From the NCBI GenBank assembly GCA_963707025.1, contig CAVPOM010000012.1, forward strand, positions 256,001 to 320,000: a stretch of 64,000 nucleotides of DNA, given 5' to 3'. Source of the stretch: an uncultured Verrucomicrobiae bacterium (GTDB lineage Bacteria; Verrucomicrobiota; Verrucomicrobiia; Limisphaerales; Palsa-1400). The notes below the pieces were generated by a model. That model had not been told where the DNA came from, did no database searches, and was given only the letters and a program-made list of their open reading frames with translations. The position numbers and the translations under genes were made by a program. Positions 8,940 to 17,471 of the stretch are shown here, piece after piece; positions within the stretch are counted from its first letter, which is position 1; the number at the start of each line of letters is the position of its first letter.

Positions 8940-9083
8940 AAAAACTCATTCTGCCAAGGCCACACAGCCATTTCAAGGATTACGACTGCTACGATTGTGT
9001 TACGACTCCCTTTGCTATTGCGGCGCCTCTCACGTTCCTGCTTAGATCGGGGTTGTGAACCAGCAGAACCAGGAAGTTAATAC

Positions 9084-11570
9084 TTGAGAAGCACTCCGAC
9101 AGCCGGGAACACGGAAACCAAACAGGCGGTTTGCGTCAGCCTTTTTCTGGCGCTGGCGGTTCTGGCCGTGTTTGGCCAGACGGCGCATTTCGGGTTCGTC
9201 GGTTACGATGATAACGAGAATGTGTATGAGAACCCCGTGGTGGAAAAGGGTCTGTCAGTCCAAGCGGCGGGCTGGGCCTTTACTCACCCTCAGACTGGCA
9301 ATTGGATTCCTCTCACCACACTTTCCCACATGCTGGATTGCCAGGTTTTCGGCCTGAATGCCGGCGATCATCACCTGGTCAATGTCCTGTGGCACGCCGC
9401 CAGCGCCGTGCTGCTGTTCCTGGTGCTTCGGCAGATGACCGGCAGCCTGTGGCGCAGCGCCTTTGCGGCGGCCGTCTTCGCCGTCCATCCGCTCCGGGCC
9501 GAATCGGTCGCCTGGGTCTCCGAGCGCAAGGATGTCTTGAGCGGATTCTTTTTCATATTGACCATCGGGGCTTATGTCCGCAACGTGCGCCAGCCATCCT
9601 ATTTTGGGTATATCGCGGTGGTTTTGTTGTTTGGCCTGGGCCTTTTGGCCAAAAGCATGGTGGCCACTCTGCCGTTTGTGTTGCTGCTGCTGGATTATTG
9701 GCCGCTGGGACGTTTCCAAAATTGGCGGCAATTCCCCCGTCTGGTTGCCGAAAAAATTCCGCTGTTTGCCCTTTCTGCGGCGGCGTGCGCGGCGGCGGCG
9801 CTTGTGCCCGGACTGGTGGTAGCTGGCGCCCTTCGGGTTCCGGTTTTTGAGCGCCTCTGTAATGCCGCGGTTTCTTGCGTCGTTTATTTGAGGCAGATGA
9901 TTTTCCCTATTGAACTGGCCATCCCCTATCCGATTCTCCGAAACGGGCAGCCTATGTCGCAGGTATTCCTGGCGTTGGTTCTGCTGGCCGCGATCACGGC
10001 GCTTGCGATGATGTGGCGCAAGAAGCATCCCTGCCTGCTGATGGGCTGGCTCTGGTATCTGGCCATGTTGGTTCCGGTAATCGGGATCGTTCAAATATCG
10101 AGCGATGCGGCTCATGCCGATCGGTACACCTATCTTCCTGGAATCGGTTTGGTTATTGCACTGATTTGGACGGTGGCGGATTGGAGGGTCAAGTGGGAGC
10201 CTCGTCGGGTGATTTTGGGCGGGTTGATGGCCGCGGTGGTTGCCGTATTGGCAGCATTGGGCCGCAATCAGACTTCATACTGGCGCAATGATGAAGCGCT
10301 CTGGTCACGCGCACTGGCTTGCACGTCCAGCAACAGCATTGCCTGCAATAATCTGGGCGCTGTTCTTGACAAAAATGGCAAATTGGAGCCAGCCATCGCG
10401 CTATTCCGCAAAGCTCTGGCAATTGAACCGGATTATTTGGCGTCCCTGAACAACTTGGGCAATGCCCTCGAAATGAAAGGAGAGACGGAGGGCGCCATCG
10501 CGGAATACCGCAAGGCGCTGCGCATAAAACCTGCCTCCGAGTTCAGCCGGAACAGATTGGGAGTTATTCTTGCCAACAAGGGAGGGACCGGGGAAGCCAT
10601 CGCACAATACCGCAAGGTCTTGGAAATGGATCCCGCCTTTGCGCAAGCTCATCTGAATTTAGGCGTTCTTCTTGGCAAGAGCGGGCAGGTCGAGGAAGCC
10701 ATCGCGCAATACCGCAAGACGCTTGAACTCAAGCCCGATTGTGCCGAGGCCCATCTTGGCCTGGGAGCCGCCCTTGGCGCAAAGGAGCAGTGGGCGGAGG
10801 CCGTCGCGCATTTCCGCAAAGCCCTGGAACTCAAGCCCGGTTATGCGGAGGCCCATTTCGGCCTGGGCGCCGCCTTCGCCGCAAGGGAGCAATGGGAGGA
10901 AGCCATCGCGCAATACCGCAAGGCCCTGGAACTCAAGCCCGATTATACGGAGGCGAAATTCGGCCTTGGCAAGGCTCTGCTCCGCAAAGGAGACTTTGAC
11001 GGGGCCGTGGCCTGCTTCCAAAAAACCACCGCCATGAGTCTGGATCCACTGGCAACCTGGCTCAACCTAGGCGGCGACTTCGTTCAAAGAGGGGATTGGG
11101 AGGAAGTCAAGGTGTGTTATCGGCAAGCAATCAAAATTAATGCCCGATGTGCCGATGCTTACGCGAATCTTGGTCTGGCTTTTTTCCAGGAAGGAGAGGG
11201 CAAGGAGGCCATGAACTCCTGGCAACAGGCCCTGGAAATCAAGCCCGACCAGGCCAATGTCCAGAACAACCTTGCGTGGCTGTTGGCCACGACACCCGAC
11301 AGGTCGCTCCGCGACGGCGCAAAAGCCGTGGCGCTGGCGGAAGAGGCCAAGAAGTTGACGGAAGGCAGCAACGCCGCGGTGCTGCACACGCTGGCGGTCG
11401 CTTATGCGGAGACGGGGCGTTATGAGGAGGCGGCCGCCACGGCCCGGCGCGCCCTGGAGTTGGCAACAGCGCAAAAGAACGGTGATCTGACCACCAAGTT
11501 GCCGGCGGAAATCAAACTATATAAGGCGAAGACCCCGATGCGGGATGGGCCGCCGGGAGAAGGCGGTTGA
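9084..11570 (+). CDS. TMTC-like polytopic membrane glycosyltransferase (GT-C-like) with C-terminal TPR array, copy 1
   Basis: FVGYDD first-loop acidic pair, HPLRAESVAWVSERKDVL, ADRYTYLP, about 11 TM segments and more than 9 TPRs ending in NNLAWLLAT. Confidence 0.85.
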   Translation: MRSTPTAGNTETKQAVCVSLFLALAVLAVFGQTAHFGFVGYDDNENVYENPVVEKGLSVQAAGWAFTHPQTGNWIPLTTLSHMLDCQVFGLNAGDHHLVNVLWHAASAVLLFLVLRQMTGSLWRSAFAAAVFAVHPLRAESVAWVSERKDVLSGFFFILTIGAYVRNVRQPSYFGYIAVVLLFGLGLLAKSMVATLPFVLLLLDYWPLGRFQNWRQFPRLVAEKIPLFALSAAACAAAALVPGLVVAGALRVPVFERLCNAAVSCVVYLRQMIFPIELAIPYPILRNGQPMSQVFLALVLLAAITALAMMWRKKHPCLLMGWLWYLAMLVPVIGIVQISSDAAHADRYTYLPGIGLVIALIWTVADWRVKWEPRRVILGGLMAAVVAVLAALGRNQTSYWRNDEALWSRALACTSSNSIACNNLGAVLDKNGKLEPAIALFRKALAIEPDYLASLNNLGNALEMKGETEGAIAEYRKALRIKPASEFSRNRLGVILANKGGTGEAIAQYRKVLEMDPAFAQAHLNLGVLLGKSGQVEEAIAQYRKTLELKPDCAEAHLGLGAALGAKEQWAEAVAHFRKALELKPGYAEAHFGLGAAFAAREQWEEAIAQYRKALELKPDYTEAKFGLGKALLRKGDFDGAVACFQKTTAMSLDPLATWLNLGGDFVQRGDWEEVKVCYRQAIKINARCADAYANLGLAFFQEGEGKEAMNSWQQALEIKPDQANVQNNLAWLLATTPDRSLRDGAKAVALAEEAKKLTEGSNAAVLHTLAVAYAETGRYEEAAATARRALELATAQKNGDLTTKLPAEIKLYKAKTPMRDGPPGEGG
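10695..10975 (+). repeat. Similar 102-bp TPR-coding tandem repeats
   Basis: GA(A/G)GCC(A/G)TCGCGCA..T.CCGCAA...CT.GAACTCAAGCCCG recurs at about 10695, 10797 and 10899. Confidence 0.75.
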
Positions 11571-11603
11571 AAAGCTGAAAAACTGGAAACCAAAGCCTGA
11601 AAC

Positions 11604-14147
11604 TTGAAATCGAACCGAAAAGCAGGAAGAACGGAAACCAGGCAAGTGGTGTGTGTTTGCATTTTTCTGGTGCTGGCGGTTCTGGCCGTCTTTGGACAGA
11701 CCGCGCATTTCGAATTCCTCGGCTACGATGATCAACTATATGTTTTTCAGAATCCGGTGGTGGAAAGGGGGGTGTCCGTGCAGGCTCTTGGCTGGGCCTT
11801 CACTCACGCGCAGGTCGCAAACTGGATTCCCCTCACCACGCTTTCCCACATGCTGGACTGCCAGTTGTTCGGGTTGCACGCAGGCGGACATCACCTGGTC
11901 AATGTGTTGTGGCACGCTGCCAACGCGGTGCTGCTGTTTTTGGTGTTCCGCCAGATGACTGGCAGCCTGTGGCGCAGCGCCTTTGTGGCGGCGGTGTTCG
12001 GCGTCCATCCCTTGCGGGCCGAATCGGTCGCGTGGGTGTCGGAACGCAAGGACGTGTTGAGCGGATTCTTTTTCATATTGACCATCGGAGCCTATGTCCG
12101 CTGGGTTCGAAAGCGATCGCTTGCCGGGAATTTGGCGGTGGTTTTGCTGTTTGCCTTGGGGCTGATGGCCAAGAGCATGGTGGCCACTCTGCCGTTTGTG
12201 TTGTTGCTGCTGGATTATTGGCCGCTGGGACGGATGGCAGGAAAGCAAGGAGCCGAACGTGGAGAAGAGAAGGCGGAAAGCGGGGGGCGGAGAACTCCGG
12301 GTGCGCCTTTTTGGGGTTTGGTGAAGGAGAAGATTCCGTTGTTTGCCATTTCGGCGATATCGTGCGTTGCGACGGCGCTCGTGCCCGGACTGATCGTTCC
12401 TTACCGAATTCCCATCCTTGAACGCTTGGGCAATGCCCTGGTTTCTTATGTGATTTATCTTCGGCAAATGGTTTTTCCGGTGGAATTGGCCGCGCATTAT
12501 CCAAATGCGCCCCAGGGGCAGGCGCCAGGGATGGTCTGTCTGGCCTTTGTCTTATTGGCCGCCATCACCGCGGCGGCGGTTGTCTGGCGCAAGAAGCATC
12601 CCTGCCTGCTAATGGGCTGGCTCTGGTATCTGGGAATATTGTTTCCAGTGATCGGCATCATTCAAATATCGAGCGATGCGGCTCATGCGGACCGTTACAC
12701 GTACCTGCCGGAAATCGGCCTGGCCGTTGCCTTGACTTGGGCGGTGGCGGATTGGAGTGCGAAGTGGGAGGGGCGGCGAGTGATATTGGGCGGGTTAATG
12801 GCGGCGGTGATTGGCGTATTGGCAGCATGGGGCCGCAATCAGACTTCATACTGGTGCAATGATGAAGCGCTCTGGTCACGCGCACTGGCCTGCACCTCCG
12901 ATACCCAGGGCAATGATTTCAACAGCGTGGCCCACAACGGTCTGGGCAATGCACTTTCCAAGAAGGGAAGGAAGGACGACGCCATCGCGCAATACCGAAA
13001 AGCGCTGGAGATCAATCCGGCCTACAAGGTGGCCCACATGAATCTGGGAATTGCCCTGTTCGACAAAGGGGAGAAGGAAGCAGCCATTGCGGAATACCAG
13101 GCAGCGCTGAAGCTGGATCCTGATTACGCGGAGGCCCGCTACAACCTGGGCGTTGATCTCTCCGCGGAGGGACGGAAGGAGGAAGCCCTCGCCCAATATC
13201 GCAAAGCTTTGGAGATCAATCCTGATTATGCCGAAGCAGGTTATAACATGGGGAATGCACTTTTGCAGCTAGGCAAAATGGAGGAGGCCATCGCCGAATA
13301 CCGAAGAATCCTGCAAATCACGCCTGATGACGCGCGAATTCTCAATAACCTGGGAATCGCCCTGTCCATCAAGGGAGAGAAAGAGAGTGCGATGGCGTTA
13401 TTCCGCAAGTCGCTCAATGCCAAACCTGATTTTGTGGATGCCCACTACGACCTCGGCGCAGCACTCGTCAAGATCGGCAAGCTGGATGAAGCCATGGCGC
13501 ATTTTCGCAAGGCGTTGGAGATCAATCCTAATTACGTGAAAGCCCGGTTCGGCCTCGGCAAAGCCCTTCTCCGAAAAGGAGATTTTGACACGGCCCTGAC
13601 CTGCTTCCAAGGATCCACTCCTCCAAGCCCAGATTCCCTGACAAGATGGGGCAACCTCGGCAAGGTCCTGCTGGAAAACCTAGATTTCGAAGAGGCGATT
13701 GTCTGCTATCGGCAGGCGTTAGAAATCGCTCCCCACTCCGCAGAAGTGCAGGCCGAGCTCGGAAGGGCATTGGTGCAGGTGGGGGAAACCAGGGAGGCCA
13801 TGGAGGCCTGGCAAGAGGCGTTGGAAATCGAGCCGGACCAAGCCAAGGTCCAGAACAATCTGGCTTGGTTGCTGGCCACGACGCCAGACGCCACACTGCG
13901 CAATGGCCCAAAAGCGGTGGCACTGGCCGAACAGGCCAAGCAGTTGATCGGAGGCGCCGATCCGATGGTCCTGCGCACCTTGGCGGCGGCTTATGCGGAA
14001 ACGGGGCGTTTTGGTGATGCGACTGCCGAAGCCCGGCGCGCTCTCGATTTGGCAGCGGCACAAAAGAATACCGATCTGGCTGCCAGATTGCAGAAGGAGA
14101 TTAAGCTCTACGAGGCGGACACACCCCTGCGGGACGCGGCTTGGTGA
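11604..14147 (+). CDS. TMTC-like membrane glycosyltransferase + TPR, tandem paralogue copy 2
   Basis: Same motifs as copy 1 (FLGYDD, HPLRAESVAWVSERKDVL, ADRYTYLP), with long nucleotide blocks nearly identical to copy 1. Confidence 0.85.
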   Translation: MKSNRKAGRTETRQVVCVCIFLVLAVLAVFGQTAHFEFLGYDDQLYVFQNPVVERGVSVQALGWAFTHAQVANWIPLTTLSHMLDCQLFGLHAGGHHLVNVLWHAANAVLLFLVFRQMTGSLWRSAFVAAVFGVHPLRAESVAWVSERKDVLSGFFFILTIGAYVRWVRKRSLAGNLAVVLLFALGLMAKSMVATLPFVLLLLDYWPLGRMAGKQGAERGEEKAESGGRRTPGAPFWGLVKEKIPLFAISAISCVATALVPGLIVPYRIPILERLGNALVSYVIYLRQMVFPVELAAHYPNAPQGQAPGMVCLAFVLLAAITAAAVVWRKKHPCLLMGWLWYLGILFPVIGIIQISSDAAHADRYTYLPEIGLAVALTWAVADWSAKWEGRRVILGGLMAAVIGVLAAWGRNQTSYWCNDEALWSRALACTSDTQGNDFNSVAHNGLGNALSKKGRKDDAIAQYRKALEINPAYKVAHMNLGIALFDKGEKEAAIAEYQAALKLDPDYAEARYNLGVDLSAEGRKEEALAQYRKALEINPDYAEAGYNMGNALLQLGKMEEAIAEYRRILQITPDDARILNNLGIALSIKGEKESAMALFRKSLNAKPDFVDAHYDLGAALVKIGKLDEAMAHFRKALEINPNYVKARFGLGKALLRKGDFDTALTCFQGSTPPSPDSLTRWGNLGKVLLENLDFEEAIVCYRQALEIAPHSAEVQAELGRALVQVGETREAMEAWQEALEIEPDQAKVQNNLAWLLATTPDATLRNGPKAVALAEQAKQLIGGADPMVLRTLAAAYAETGRFGDATAEARRALDLAAAQKNTDLAARLQKEIKLYEADTPLRDAAW

Positions 14148-14148
14148 G

Positions 14149-14907
14149 TCATGGCATCGAAGGCACACTTCCTTCGGGATTCTCCTGAGCCTTGATTACC
14201 TCCTCTTCAGTGAGGGCGGGATGAAACCGCATGGCGGGAGTCATTTCCATCTCATTTGTAAGAATTTGAGGATTCTCCTGAGCCCTGATTACCTCCTCTT
14301 CAGTGAGGGGGAGATGGAACCGCATGGCGGGAGTCATTTCCCTCTCATCACCAGGATTTCGTCGCGTTGTTTCCGCAGAGTTCCTGGCTATTGTAGGTTG
14401 GGCGCCTGCCAGATTGTTGAAACCATTGTCTTTCATCGAAAGAGTAATGCTGGCTCCTGAGTTGATAATGTCAACCTTCTCCTGGCCGACATAAAGCTTG
14501 ACCAATTCCACCACGGCCTGCTTTGTGCCTAAACCCACCGTCCCTTTGTCACCTTCGGCGAGGGCCAGGTAGGACGTTAGTCTCTGCCCGTGTGGGTCGG
14601 GGTTTTCCGTATTGACCGCTAGTAATACCTTCCATTGATTTCCAATCCGCATGAACCCGCTCAAAATCACCACCGGCAGGTGGGGGGACGGGGGTTTGGC
14701 TGGTTCCGGTGGAGGGGGGGGCGGATTCAAACGAAACACATTCCTGGCAATGATGACCGAGTAGGGATTGGCATTGGCAGCGGAGGCGGACGCAACGGCG
14801 GGCGCGGGCGAAGCATCCTCCGTCCCGGCAAGACACGCCCCCTGGGCGGCGAGCAAAACTGACCCGCCGACCATGCCACCCCATGCCATTTTTGAACGCA
14901 CGCTCAT
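14149..14907 (-). CDS. Secreted or membrane hypothetical protein, GspC/PilP-like, with a C-terminal 31-aa duplication
   Basis: Signal-like N-terminus from ATG 14907 (ORF track extends to 14994). NPYSVIIARNVFRLNPPPPPP...LSGFMRIG...LAEGD...VELVKL pattern resembles GspC/PilP HR-type proteins. Confidence 0.45.
   Translation of the reverse strand: MSVRSKMAWGGMVGGSVLLAAQGACLAGTEDASPAPAVASASAANANPYSVIIARNVFRLNPPPPPPEPAKPPSPHLPVVILSGFMRIGNQWKVLLAVNTENPDPHGQRLTSYLALAEGDKGTVGLGTKQAVVELVKLYVGQEKVDIINSGASITLSMKDNGFNNLAGAQPTIARNSAETTRRNPGDEREMTPAMRFHLPLTEEEVIRAQENPQILTNEMEMTPAMRFHPALTEEEVIKAQENPEGSVPSMP
14177..14348. repeat. Direct repeat, 2 x ~79 bp with a 93-bp period
   Basis: 14177-14255 vs 14270-14348; encodes EMTPAMRFHxxLTEEEVIxAQENP twice. 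Confidence 0.9.
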
Positions 14908-14965
14908 AACTTTGAAAATGTCTGATGAAAGGGCAACAGGCCGGCACCGGGATGTTTGTTTATTA

Positions 14966-15646
14966 TTATTGGCCGACCGGCACCAGCGCCTCAACGTCGA
15001 AACGAACCACGACGCGCGGGGGGAAGTTGCTGGGCGGCGGAAGGCTCATCTTTTTGGTGTTGGCGATGGCCAGGCGCACCGATTCGTCCCATTGCTTTTG
15101 ACCGGAGGTTTTCTTCCAGACCGGAGTGGTGATTTTGCCTGCTTTATCCACGGCGACTTCCACCTCGGCGACATTGGTGTGGTCGTCCACGTCCTTGGGG
15201 CGGTCCCAGTTGAAGCGCAGCGAACTCTCCAGCAGGCCCTTGTAAAGTTGCACGGGGTCCGAACTGGTCACGACGGCCTTGCCTCCATCGAACTCAAAGG
15301 CGGGCAGTTCCGCCGGAGGTGGCGCCACGGCGGGTGGCGCAGCGCTGCTGGGAGGGGGCGGCGCCGTGCTTCTGGGCGCTTCGATTTTCGCGACCTTGGC
15401 AGGCTCGGGCACGTCCACCTTTGCCTCCTCCACCTTGGGTTTGGGCAACACCTTGGGTTTTTCCGGCTCTTTGGGTTTTTCGTGGACCATCTCGACGGCG
15501 ATTTTATTCATGGTCTTGCCCATCCAGCCCTGCCGCGCGGCAAAGTAAAGCACCGACAGCACCAGAATTCCATGAAACGTCAGGGAGATGAGCAGATTCA
15601 CCTTCGATGAGTTTTTTGGTTTGCGCTTTTGCGAGCCGGGTAACAT
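14966..15646 (-). CDS. TonB/TolA-family energy transducer (TonB C-terminal domain protein)
   Basis: N-terminal TM with SLTFH, Pro/Lys/Glu-rich linker, C-terminal VEVAVDKAGKI...SGQKQWDESVRLAI...PPP. Confidence 0.8.
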   Translation of the reverse strand: MLPGSQKRKPKNSSKVNLLISLTFHGILVLSVLYFAARQGWMGKTMNKIAVEMVHEKPKEPEKPKVLPKPKVEEAKVDVPEPAKVAKIEAPRSTAPPPPSSAAPPAVAPPPAELPAFEFDGGKAVVTSSDPVQLYKGLLESSLRFNWDRPKDVDDHTNVAEVEVAVDKAGKITTPVWKKTSGQKQWDESVRLAIANTKKMSLPPPSNFPPRVVVRFDVEALVPVGQ

Positions 15647-15867
15647 GGGGCCTCGTTATTGGTTATCTGCCGTCGCAGCCGCCACATCCAGGTTGGGGAG
15701 GTTGACTTGCTGGCGGGCCGGAGCGCCGTCAAACTGAACGCCCTGGCGTTTGACGCCCGGCGGATCATTTTTCATTTGTCTGCTCATTGCAACGAATCGT
15801 TCCATAATCCAAAGTGCGACCGCGGACAATAATTTATGGTGGAGCTTGCGCATCACTCATGGCGGCG

Positions 15868-15912
15868 ATTGTATATGCCTTTTGTTACAAACGTGCGTTG
15901 AATTCGTTACGA
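15868..15912 (-). promoter_or_regulatory. Pho-box-like units plus TACAAT -10 upstream of the TonB-like unit
   Basis: Minus strand TCGTAAC-N15-TTGTAAC-N10-TACAAT. Confidence 0.5.
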
Positions 15913-15934
15913 TTGGGTGAATCCGCCGGGTCCA

Positions 15935-16290
15935 TCATGGCTGCGGAGGAATTTGGAACCCGCCCGTTCGGCCATCGGGATCAAGCAGGAAGCCGGCCCC
16001 GCCCGCGGACGGGCTGATGAAGGCGCCTTTGATTGGAAGATTGTGATAATTGCTGCTGCTGCCGTCCGCGTACCTGGACAGGGTCAATCGGACGATCGTT
16101 CCGGGCGCAACCGTCAATGCCGCCGGCGGTGAGCCCGTCACCGGGTTGTTGTCCCGGGAGGTCACCACCAGGGAGCAGCTTCCCGCCTGATTGCCCCTCA
16201 CATTATCCAGGCTCAACGTGGCGTTGGTCGCTCCGGGCAGGCTGGTGGCGGCTTGAAATTGCCACTGGCACGCAACGGCATTGTTACATT
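15935..16290 (-). pseudogene. Remnant of an immunoglobulin-like domain protein
   Basis: CQWQFQAATSLPGATNATLSLDNVRGNQAGSCSLVVTS...AALTV resembles the Ig repeat in the 62-64 kb gene. No signal peptide or credible start. Confidence 0.55.
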
Positions 16291-16309
16291 TTGAGAAACA
16301 ATCTTCCTT

Positions 16310-16473
16310 GATTGTGAAGAATCGTTGACTTTGCGCGCGTGGGACGCGCGCGGGCCGCCCTTCCCAGCAAAACCCCTTTATTTTCAAGGGTTTTATCAAT
16401 TTCCGCGAAGGTCTCATTTTGCGTCAACCATGTCCTTTTATTGAGGCGCAGGTTTTTGGCATCGCTTTAGACT
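16310..16473 (+). promoter_or_regulatory. Upstream control region of PEP-CTERM gene 2, same architecture as 7062-7235
   Basis: 30-bp motif at 16310-16339, AACCCCTTTATTTTCAAGGGTT at ~16371, GTCY repeats starting 16407 and 16428, TAGACT at 16468. Confidence 0.55.
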
Positions 16474-16581
16474 GGTGCTTGCGTTGAGAGAAAAGTTGTT
16501 CGCTCCCGATGGTTTTCCTGGCTTCGCTCAGGAATTCAACGAATTTTCAAATGCCAGACGAATGAGAAATTGAATGGGACC

Positions 16582-17229
16582 GTGAAGAAATTGAGCAAAA
16601 TAACGCTGAAACTGGGCGTTCCCTTATTGGCAATGGGCGTGTTGGCGGCGCACAGCGCCAAGGCGGCAATTGAAATTGATCTGACATCAACGACGGGCGG
16701 CAACACCGCTGCCGGCGTAGGCTATATGACGGCTCCGAGTGGAAGCTACTTTGACGGGTCTCACTTCGACCTGACGTTCTTGGGTAATATGCTCAATGCT
16801 TACACCACCACAGACGCGACTGGCGTGGCCGACACTACCACAACCACCACCAGCGACGGTGGCAACGTCGTGTACCATGTATATACACCTGGGCTTGGAT
16901 CGCTCCCCGGGCCTGCGGAGGACATCACCATGTACTCCGGCAATAACGGGACAACGGAGCAAATCTACATTCCTAGCGGAACGCGGTATCTCGCCGCGCA
17001 GTGGGATGACGGGCATGCCGGGACGGCAGTTTATGACGTTGCGGCCTTCGTGGGAACAACGATCACCCTTGAGAACGACGTTCCTACTCAACAGACTGCA
17101 GGTCTTTCGGATTATTGGCTGGCCACCACGCCGGTTCCAGAACCCACCACCATCATCTCCGGCTTGTTGCTCCTGCTGCCCTTTGGGGCATGCGCGCTGC
17201 GGATTCTGCGCAGGCGCAAAGCGCGCTGA
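16582..17229 (+). CDS. PEP-CTERM protein, verrucomicrobial VPEPTT..LLLLPFG variant
   Basis: Signal peptide ending SAKA, Thr/Gly-rich body, C-terminus VPEPTTIISGLLLLLPFGACALRILRRRKAR. GTG 16582 preferred over TTG 16570. Confidence 0.9.
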   Translation: MKKLSKITLKLGVPLLAMGVLAAHSAKAAIEIDLTSTTGGNTAAGVGYMTAPSGSYFDGSHFDLTFLGNMLNAYTTTDATGVADTTTTTTSDGGNVVYHVYTPGLGSLPGPAEDITMYSGNNGTTEQIYIPSGTRYLAAQWDDGHAGTAVYDVAAFVGTTITLENDVPTQQTAGLSDYWLATTPVPEPTTIISGLLLLLPFGACALRILRRRKAR

Positions 17230-17314
17230 CCGTTAAGCCCCTTGGCGTTTCTCCATTCTTTGTCCCTCTTCGGGCCGGCCACCAGCCCGGCCTGCTTCTT
17301 TTGCCATGACAATT

Positions 17315-17345
17315 CAAGCCGGTCATCAAGACCGGCTTGTTTTTT
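17315..17345 (+). terminator. Intrinsic terminator
   Basis: CAAGCCGGTC-ATCAA-GACCGGCTTG followed by T6. A weaker GGCCGG/CCGGCC hairpin precedes it at ~17273-17300. Confidence 0.9.
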
Positions 17346-17471
17346 GGCGCGGGCTAATTTGAAAAAAGGAGGAGGGGTAAAAAAAATCTTGGGGAGCGCA
17401 CACGCCCTGGCACCGTGCCGGGCGCATGTGCTCCCCAATTCAGGACACACAATTTGCCGTTGCGCGAAGTC

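Noticed and set aside
14177..14348. Possible CRISPR-like repeat
   Set aside because: Only two ~79-bp copies with a 14-bp gap, in frame within a coding region, and no cas genes.
16457..16471. Sigma54 promoter TGGCATCGCTTTAGA upstream of PEP-CTERM gene 2
   Set aside because: The -12 element is TAGA rather than TTGC and there is no equivalent at PEP-CTERM gene 1; a TAGACT -10 fits the shared architecture better.
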